From: Trypanosoma brucei
Lineage: Eukaryota
Direction of reading: 5' to 3'
Assembly: GCA_000002445.1 (NCBI GenBank)
Contig: CP000068.1
Span: 736,001-800,000 of the forward strand
DNA length: 64,000 nucleotides
Shown here: in pieces, positions 55,672-64,000 of the stretch
How the letters are laid out: each line of letters begins with the position of its first letter
Numbering within the stretch: position 1 is the first letter of the stretch
The notes under the pieces: generated by a model
What the model was told of the DNA's origin: nothing
The model's input: the letters and a program-made list of their open reading frames with translations, nothing else
The model's database searches: none
Program-made: the position numbers and the translations under genes

Positions 55672-57072
55672 ATGGTAAACAATGAAGGGTATTCGCATCG
55701 GGATGTGATGACTGCTAGACTTCTTGTCGAGGCAGTTGATAGCAGCAATCATATGGAAGAATATAGCGTACAATTTATTTTCTTCAGAGACACAACTGTT
55801 GGGGACGTGCTGCAAGATGTAGAAGAGAAACTTAACGCAGTGGGGCTACGGCTTTCTGTGCCGCCATCTCAATGTGGTCTCACATTTAAATGCAATGATA
55901 TTGAGGTAGCGAAGGGCAGCGTCGGAGGGGCGGCTTACAACAGAGCATGTAAGGGTGATGAGAAGGGCGTTACGATGCTTCGTGGCACCGACCGCATATT
56001 CGGCTCACCAGCTGTGGAACATTTTTATTGCAACAGGAAACGCTTGGGTTGTGAACGAGTTGCACAATTTATGGTCGTTCAGAGAAGATGTGCAACCCTT
56101 CCAGCAGGAACGACCGCCTCGCATTCGCAGGAGCGGAAGGAATTCACTCAACAAACCCCTACATGTGATTTTGGAGGTTCTGGTGGGTTTTCGCGATACC
56201 TTCTTCCAAGGCAACCGCTAGTTGACCTTTCACGCGTAGGAACGGGCCGGTGTGTTGGTGCCACTGTAACTGATGACCATAACGCCAGCACCTCTACTGG
56301 TTATGGGAATTTAGATACGCTTTCCAAAGTACGACGCATGGTAGAAGAGGAACGACAACTTGTCTTTTGCTTCGGCCAAGATCAACGGAGCGTAAATTTG
56401 CAAATGAAACCGGTGAGACATTGGTCATCACTGTTGAAGGAGCCACCTTCCAGATGTGTGTTGACAAAGGCGGTGGAGGATGAAAAGGCGGCGTATGAAC
56501 GTCTTACTAAACTCATTAGGGGCTTAACTATCAGTGAGGCTGCCAAAAAAGCAGCAGAACGCGATATGCTGGAAAAAGAAAGTAAGCAACTGAGAGAAAA
56601 GATTTCCAGAGCAAAGGGATATATTGAGAGACGCAAAGTCATGCAAGAGGAGGTCGAGCGCCTCAGAAAGGTGCTTGAAACCCGTAAAGAAGAAGAAGAA
56701 AGACACCTTCAGAGTGAGGTAGAGAAAAATGAGAGGGAAATACAACCCCAACAGGGTATGAATACAAAACAATGTTCCCCACCAGTTGCATCTCCGGCAT
56801 CCACAAACGTGGTGATACCGCAGTCCGTCTCACTGACTGAAAAGCAAACATTGCTTCAAGTTGTAACACCAGCATCCGATTGTGTAATGAGAGGTTTAAA
56901 TGCTGATCCAACTGCCTTTTCGCTGTCGACTACTCCAACTTGCTTTTTTCTTTCGTGTCAGTCTGCACCCGATTGCATCAGTAACAGAGGAAGCAGAGGC
57001 CATGCCATATCGCCATCAATATCTGTTGGTGAATACAAAATTACCACACCTGCAGATATCACTCCCTCATAA
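55672..57072 (+). CDS. Hypothetical protein, 466 aa, with a central coiled coil.
   Basis: ATG ORF; 'KESKQLREKISRAKGYIERRKVMQEEVERLRKVLETRKEEEERHLQSEVEKNERE'. Confidence 0.5.
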   Translation: MVNNEGYSHRDVMTARLLVEAVDSSNHMEEYSVQFIFFRDTTVGDVLQDVEEKLNAVGLRLSVPPSQCGLTFKCNDIEVAKGSVGGAAYNRACKGDEKGVTMLRGTDRIFGSPAVEHFYCNRKRLGCERVAQFMVVQRRCATLPAGTTASHSQERKEFTQQTPTCDFGGSGGFSRYLLPRQPLVDLSRVGTGRCVGATVTDDHNASTSTGYGNLDTLSKVRRMVEEERQLVFCFGQDQRSVNLQMKPVRHWSSLLKEPPSRCVLTKAVEDEKAAYERLTKLIRGLTISEAAKKAAERDMLEKESKQLREKISRAKGYIERRKVMQEEVERLRKVLETRKEEEERHLQSEVEKNEREIQPQQGMNTKQCSPPVASPASTNVVIPQSVSLTEKQTLLQVVTPASDCVMRGLNADPTAFSLSTTPTCFFLSCQSAPDCISNRGSRGHAISPSISVGEYKITTPADITPS

Positions 57073-58644
57073 TATTAACGGTCTGTCGGGCCGAGGGAGT
57101 TCAATTAAAATCACGGGCGTTCCGGAACAAACCGATATGAAACAAAAGTGTGTGCTGAGTGCTTGTGAAGTGTCAGCTTCGTGGAGACTCAACACAACCC
57201 GGTTTTCCACACCACAAAAAAGAAAAAGAAAGACAAGAGGAAAAAAAAAACAGACAAAGAAAAAGATATACAAACGGAGAAAGAGAAAAAAAAAATAGAA
57301 ACGACAAAAGGGAGATTTGTGCTATGTGCTATGTGCTAATACAAAAAATAATAACAGCAGCAACAGCAGCACCAAAAAGAAGGAGTGGCGTTGTACCACT
57401 CAATCACTTTCAAGGGATCCCTTTACTGCCCAATTTATTTTATTATTTTTTCATTTTCATTCTTTTGCTTTGATGCTGCGACGGGGAGATTATCACAATG
57501 GCACAACCGATAATTAATGATAGCCGTTTGGTACCGTTTGCAACGGTTGTGTTTGAAAACATGTGGGGTTCATTCGGTAGAAACTTCCGCGGAAAATGTG
57601 GGAAGTGTGCGAGATTTGGTGGTTTTGGTTTCATCATACGCACCTTTGGCCACATATTTCCGAAAGCGATTTTTACCTCTCTCCCTCCCTCTCTCTCTTT
57701 TTTGTTTTATACTTTTGTATGTGTGTAACGTCCTCGCGGTGTTGGTTTTGTTACGACGTTTTCACTGCTGCAACTTTTATATATTTATATTTCTATTCTT
57801 CATGAGGTGATATTTCCATATATTTATAATGAAGGAAGCGGTCTTTTTGGGCTGGTGTTTTGTACTGTTATCGTCCAAGGAAACGTTATTGTGCTGAATT
57901 CTGATAAATTGTACGCGTACATATAAATATTTGTACATTTATGTTTGTGTTTTGCGTTTGGCTGATGTTTACAATGGTATAAGTGATGTCGTGCAAGTTG
58001 ATGGCAAAGCCATTACCGCTTCCATTTCTTTTGTTTGTTTGTTTGTTTCAATTTTATGTGCTGTGCGAACACCCAATACGGAATAGTAGACATTACTTTT
58101 TGTTTTTTGTTTTTGTTTTCTTTGTTACTTCTCACCTACACTCTTAAAGATGAATCGGCGGTTGAACTGCGATTGCTACAGTTTTGCGAAAAGTTGTTTA
58201 GCTGAAAAGGGATGTTACTTTAGAAGCGCATGTGAAATTAGTGGCGGTTTTTTTTTTTTAGAAGTTGTGTTAACCACCGTAAGAGGACGAGTAAGTCTTT
58301 CAAAAAATAAAAAAAAATAAAATGAGAAAAAAAAAAGCAGCTTATGAGTGGTGTATGCATCTTCCAGGCCTGAATCCTCTACTGTTGCTTTTCGCTTTCT
58401 TCCTGTAGTGTCCGGTTAGCTTTTTTTTCTTGCTTTTGTTTTTGGTTTACATAAATAATAGTCATATATGAATATATATAAATATATATATGTGTGTGTG
58501 TGTGTGCGGGGGGGAGGAGAGGCGGCCCGCAAATATTAACGTTACCCCCCCCCCCCCCGCTGACCGGGTGCTTGAAAAAAAAAAAAGAAAAAAAAAGACA
58601 GGGCAGTGTGGGTGTGGAGTGGGATGAAATGGTTGCGTCTGTTG

Positions 58645-58646
<2 letters not shown>

Positions 58647-58676
<30 letters not shown>
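58647..58676. repeat. (TA)15 microsatellite.
   Basis: Uninterrupted TA run. Confidence 0.9.
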
Positions 58677-58677
<1 letters not shown>

Positions 58678-58830
58678 GCTTTTTCTTTGAGTGATAAATT
58701 GTGTAATTCATAATTGATTATTTGCTTTGTGTATCTTCTCTAATTTTTCTACTCAATCCTTTTTTTTTTTTTGTAGGCCTCCCCTTGTGCATTTAGTTTT
58801 ATTAAATTGTACAACCCGTTTTTGTGAGGG

Positions 58831-59865
58831 ATGGCACAAACCTCTTTCACACCCTTGTCCTTCTCGACTACGAGCAGCTGGGTAACATTAGATCCCAACG
58901 GGGTGTACATCAGTGGTGGAAGTTATAATAATTCATCGCCGGTACATACGGAGCGACGGCAGTTGTTACAACCTTTAAATGATGGTCCTTTTGCTTCATG
59001 GCATCAACATCCTCCATCATCTCCCGGATCAACTTATGCTTCTGATGATTGTTATAACTTAAATACCGTGTGTTCGGAGTGGTCTGTATTGTGTGTTGAG
59101 CATTCCCCCACGTTGTCACAAGGAGGTAGCCGTTATGAAACACCACGAGAAGGTACAAACCAAGTTCGCACATTTCCAACAAGTTTAAGTAGCGAAACTC
59201 AACAAGATATTCTTTTTACCTCTACAGCAGGTTTATGTGGCGACATCACCGGCACCTCACGTGTGCCTTTGCGTAGCGGCGTATTGCGAAGTACTGCACA
59301 TCCCTCATTGAGACCCCAACTTTTTCCTTTTAGTTCAACAAACAATTTTTCTCCGCTTTCTCAAATTGTTGTTACATCTGTTTTTGGTCGTTACTTATCT
59401 CAACAATTATCAACGCTGCATGTAAGGGAATGCATTGGTTCAGAAAGTGATGTGGACACATCCATTCCCTCACGAGGTTCTTCACCTTTTGTCGCATCAC
59501 GTGGAAGCTGGGATGAAGTGGATTATAATAGTTGCTGTGATGAATATTCTTATGAAAGAGTGAGTGAAGGCACATGTCAATGCAGCAGTTCTACCGCCAG
59601 TCAATCTTGCAGTGAAAAGGGGACTTTACCGGGTTCCGTTCTTACTGAATTGTTTCTTTCTTTTGTTTTAAAAAATGTTCTCTCAGGTACTAATGGCCGC
59701 GACACGTACCGCCATTCCTCGAAAAAAACAACTGGATCCTCCCGCAATGATGCCACGGAATCTAATGAACATCGGGGCTGGTCAATGGTTAGCCGCTGGT
59801 TTGTAACAAATGTGGAACCGCTGGTGGTTTGTACCGTTTACGGTATTATGGTATTTGTGCTTTGA
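58831..59865 (+). CDS. Hypothetical Ser/Thr-rich protein, 344 aa, with a C-terminal hydrophobic segment.
   Basis: ATG ORF; the C-terminal 'PLVVCTVYGIMVFVL' suggests a possible tail anchor. Confidence 0.4.
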   Translation: MAQTSFTPLSFSTTSSWVTLDPNGVYISGGSYNNSSPVHTERRQLLQPLNDGPFASWHQHPPSSPGSTYASDDCYNLNTVCSEWSVLCVEHSPTLSQGGSRYETPREGTNQVRTFPTSLSSETQQDILFTSTAGLCGDITGTSRVPLRSGVLRSTAHPSLRPQLFPFSSTNNFSPLSQIVVTSVFGRYLSQQLSTLHVRECIGSESDVDTSIPSRGSSPFVASRGSWDEVDYNSCCDEYSYERVSEGTCQCSSSTASQSCSEKGTLPGSVLTELFLSFVLKNVLSGTNGRDTYRHSSKKTTGSSRNDATESNEHRGWSMVSRWFVTNVEPLVVCTVYGIMVFVL

Positions 59866-60009
59866 GGTGAAGAAACAAAAGGGGGGGGGAACAAAAAATA
59901 AGAAAAGAATAAAAGAAACTGTGGGGGGAGGGGATTACTGTGAAGTTTAATAGAGATGGATAGTGACGGTACAAGTGGCGTCAAAAGGAAAAGAAAAGGG
60001 GGAAAAAGG

Positions 60010-60040
<31 letters not shown>

Positions 60041-63000
60041 AAAGAACTACAAAAGAAAAGGGAGGGAAATGATTTTTTGAAGGAGCGACACATCACATAT
60101 TTGTACGCAAACTGTTATTTTCAAAGGAACAACAACAACAAAAAACATTCGTTGAGAGAATGGGAACAAGTGATTGAACTTTATTCTCCTCTTTGTTATT
60201 TCTAGTGCAGTGTTCTGTGCAAGTTCCGTGCAAGTTCCCATCATTAGTTACTTATTTATTAGAGAGAGAAGAGAGAGAAGAGAGAGAGAGAAAAAAAAAA
60301 AGAAAGAAAAAAATGGTGTGGGATTAAATGTTGAGATGTTTTTTAAAAAAAAAAACAAAAAAACAAAAACAAAAAAGGAAACAAAGAAAGAAGAGGAAGA
60401 CACTCAAAGCAACATCCTTTCGATGACTACTTGTCCAATTTCAACAACGTCACCACTTCCCTATTTTTTTTTTTTGGTTTTCTTTTCTTTTTTTTTTCTT
60501 TTTTTCTTTAAAAAAAAACTTTTCCTACTTTTTTATTTTTCCGTTCCACTACTTGTGCTGAATCGTGACAGTTTCCCACGAGTTCATGCCGTCTACTTCT
60601 TTCTCTTCTTTTTTTTTTTCCTTCTTTGCGGTTCCCCTTTTTTTCTTTTTTTTTTGCTCCTTTTTCGCGTTTTCTCTTCAAATGAATTACGCTCGAAAGG
60701 GAAAGTTACAATTATATAAATACTTGCAAAAATGACCTCAGGGAGGCGAGAGCAAAGTGAAGCAAAAAAAAAAAAGAAGAAAACCACAGCAACCAGTGGT
60801 TTGTTTTATTTTAAATAAATAAATAAATAAAAAATATATAAATATACGTGTTTGGTTGTTTTTGTTTTCTTTCTTTCTTTTTTTTTTCTGCTGCCCCCTC
60901 CACCTTCCATCTTCACCTTTTTTTTCCTTTCTTTCTTTCTCCCTCTCTTTCTATGTTTTTGTTTATATTTGCTTGGAAGTTCACTTCACACGTGGATGAG
61001 GGAGATGCACACAAATGCGGGGGTGGGGAAGAAAAAAAAAAGAAACGTGGAAACAAAAATAGAAATGTGATATCTGAAATTAATCAGAGTGATACAAATG
61101 AAAAGAGGAGAACCGAAGGAAAATAAAGAAGAAAAAAAGAAAAAAAAAAGAATCAGAGTGTTAGCAGTGACTGCCCTTTTCGTACCATCTCTATTTTGTT
61201 TTTTTTGTTTGTTTGTTTGTTTTTGAAAAATTACTTTTCAATTACTCACTCTCGTTTTTCTCCTTTTCTCCTTTTCTATATATATATATATAAATATTAT
61301 CTAGGATATTTAGTATATTTCTTTATATATTTATTTGTTTTATATTAACATTGATATACATGTTTGTATCTATAAAACGTGCATAAAGCCGTGTATATGT
61401 TTACAACAACTGACATGTTTTTGTCTCTTTTCTTGACAGCGGCATGGAGGGGGGGGGAGGGGAGGAGGAAGGGAAGAAAATTATAAAACAATTATGAATA
61501 ACAACAACACTCGTCAGAAAAAAAAAAAAGGAAACAAAAACAAAAAATGGAGGAAAAAAAAATGAAATAAAACTGTGGGTTTTGAAGTGTTCGCTTTGAT
61601 GATTGCCCCGTGAACCGAAGTAAACAACACGAGAAGGAAACTGGGAGGAGTACAAACATACGAAAACTTCCACGCGTACATTTCTTTTTTTTTTTATTTT
61701 ATCATGCAGAAAAAAAATCTATTGTTTTGATATTATTATTATTATTATTATTTTTGTTGTTGTTGCTGTTGTTGTTTTTAATTGTATTTCTTACCCTTTT
61801 TGTTTCGTTTTGACTGTTTTTCTTTTTTTTTTTTAATGATCCCTTTTTCTTTTTTTTTATTATTTCCTTCTCATTTTTTACTTTGGCCATCATTTCCACC
61901 TGGCAGTTGCCGTTGTTGTATAACATATTTTTGAGTCATGTACAGAAAGCAAAAAAAAAAAAGAAAACAAGAAATAAATAAATTTTTTTAAAAAAAAAGT
62001 TAAAAAAAAGAGATATGACAAAATATTGAGTGGAATTCGCAGTGCCTTAGTGTTTCCTTGTGTGTGTTTGTTTGTGTGTGTGTGTTTTTTTTTTTTCCAG
62101 ATGATGGTGATGATAATGTTGTTATTGTTGTTGTTATTTCTGTTCCTAAACAATATATTAAAAAATATATATATATATATATATCAATATGTGTTAGGTG
62201 ATGCATTTTGGATTATGTGGCAGCGGCATATTCATTTTGTTGTGATTCTTCGTTGTTTTTCTTTTCTTTTTCTTTTTAAATTATTTAAGTGGGGTTTCGT
62301 TCTCACGTCCCTTTTTCATATTATTAGAAGTAACGGCAGTATCACACGACAATACATGACAAATTAATTAATCAATTAATTAATTACTCATACATGCCCG
62401 TAGGCGTAATTTCCTAAAAGATTTTGGGTGGAGTGCAAATTTAGTGGTATGTTTAGTTTTATGAGTGATTCCGTTCTTTCGCAATTTCATATTTCCCTAA
62501 CCCATCTTTTTTTTTATTGACTTTTTTCTTTTTCCTTTTTTTAAAATTTAAAATTTCGTTTTTGCTCCTGTGTGTGTGTGTGTCTTTTTTTTTTTTATTT
62601 TGCTTTTTAGTGGAAACACTTTCTTCAATTAAAGAAAAAAAAATACGAGGAAAGGAAAACAAATAATGCCTGCAGGGAGAGATGGGCAGCAAAAGCGGAG
62701 GAGGGATGATTTTTTTTTTTAAAAATAAAAAAACAGAGGAGCAAAGGACAGTGAGTGAATGGATAAATGAATAAGGGTGATCCTTAAAAAAATTAAAAAA
62801 AAATATATATATATATGTATAAAGGACTAGTAGTAGAAAGAAGGAAATAGAAAGCGGTAGTATTATCAGCAGTTTATTATATATTTAAAAAAAATATTGA
62901 GTGAATAATAGTGCGATGTGTATGCAACTTCACTTATTGTATATATTTACATAAGAGGACACATTTATTTGTGGTATTATTATTATTGTTATTGCTACAC

Positions 63001-64000
63001 ATATGTGTATCACTATTCATTTATATATGCATATGTTTATTAGTAATAGTGTTAGTATTAGTTATGATATTAGTAGTATTGCTGGTAGTAAAAATTAGTA
63101 TGGAAGGAACAAATGTTTCTCCATTTTTTTATATTTTTTTAAAAAAAAACTCGTTTCAAATTGCCGTTTTTTAACTAATTTTTTCTTCTTTGTCAAAATA
63201 ATGTTTATGAATAGTTGTGTAGGATTGAAGGGGTGGGGAAATGGGGATGCTTTAATATATATATATATATATATATATTGTTATTGCTATACAATTATGT
63301 TATTATAAATGTTCCTTTTTACAATTTTGATGTATTTTCCTCTCTTCTTCTTTTACTCATGTAGCTTTTTTTTTTCATTCTCATTTTCCAACTTCTTCTT
63401 TCGTTTATTATTGTTGTTGTTTTTTTCTGTTTTTTTTTTGCATGAAACGTTTTCATGTAAATGTTTTACATTTGTCTTCGTCTCTCTTTTTTTTTTTTAT
63501 ATACTGACTCAATATGGTTCGTCGGACCTCTTTTTTATTTTAAAAAAAAAATAAGGAAAAGGTGGAGAAAAGAAATAGAAATTATTATCTCACCCGAAAC
63601 GCTGCAATAACCCCTGGGTTTGTGTAAGTCGTTTGCCAATACGTTATTGTTGTTGTTTTTGTTCTTTTTTTCCATTGCGGTAAATATTTGTCTCTTATTT
63701 CCTTTTCCTTTTCCTTCCGTGCTTTGATGAATTATCTGACTGATTTTTTATTCTAAAAAATTTTGTTCCTTCTTTATTTATTTATTTATTTTTCCCCCTT
63801 CCCATTTTCTTTGCATAATTAACTTTTGTGCATTTCATTATGTAAAGGCTCAAGTATAGTCTACACAAAAGGTAACGCCATAGTGCTGGGGGAAAAGGTT
63901 TATTTTTTTTAATTTTATTTTTCATCTTCTTGAAGAAACTTCAAAGAAAAGAAGTTTAAACCAAAGAAAAAAAATCAGTGAAGAAGGTTAAACAGAAAAG

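Noticed and set aside
1-64000. Prokaryotic-style novel system (defence island, operon, CRISPR array, mobile element).
   Set aside because: The architecture is eukaryotic kinetoplastid: unidirectional ATG ORFs kilobases apart, polypyrimidine/AG splice signals, microsatellites, and motor, NSUN, USP and XRN eukaryotic proteins. There are no RBS-coupled operons, no repeat-spacer arrays, and no transposase or integrase.

Overview
This window reads as a trypanosomatid nuclear chromosome segment, most consistent with Trypanosoma brucei-group architecture. That attribution is an inference from sequence architecture and was not checked by any search. All convincing long ORFs lie on the + strand, as expected for a single polycistronic transcription unit (PTU). 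They are separated by long ORF-free intergenic stretches with low-complexity, homopolymer-rich sequence. Those stretches carry polypyrimidine tracts followed by AG (trans-splicing signals) and (TA)n, (CA)n/(TG)n and (TTA)n microsatellites. No prokaryote-style system (operon, CRISPR array, mobile element) is present.

The ORF track uses alternative start codons (GTG/TTG translated as M). Where the first in-frame ATG could be verified I used it as the start (20713, 25763, 31934, 37399).

Genes recognised from motifs:
- a USP-type ubiquitin hydrolase (Cys box and His box both present)
- a kinesin with a KIN-E-like architecture: N-terminal motor, ARM-like repeats, two calpain domain-III-like modules, and a C-terminal coiled coil
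- a NOL1/NOP2/Sun RNA m5C methyltransferase
- a MATE transporter
- a WW-domain plus coiled-coil protein resembling CEP164
- an XRN 5'-3' exoribonuclease whose reading frame is broken by an apparent frameshift and which ends in a RanBP2-type zinc finger
- two tandem alpha/beta-hydrolase paralogues, one carrying Cys in place of the nucleophile Ser
- a GT60-like type II membrane glycosyltransferase
- a PLAC8-like Cys-rich protein
- several hypothetical proteins

Two observations stand out. First, an exact 84-nt tandem duplication at 9620-9703 and 9813-9896 begins with GUGAUGA and ends with CUGA, so it is a strong candidate pair of C/D box snoRNA genes. Second, 112-bp direct repeats of about 96% identity bracket the MATE gene.
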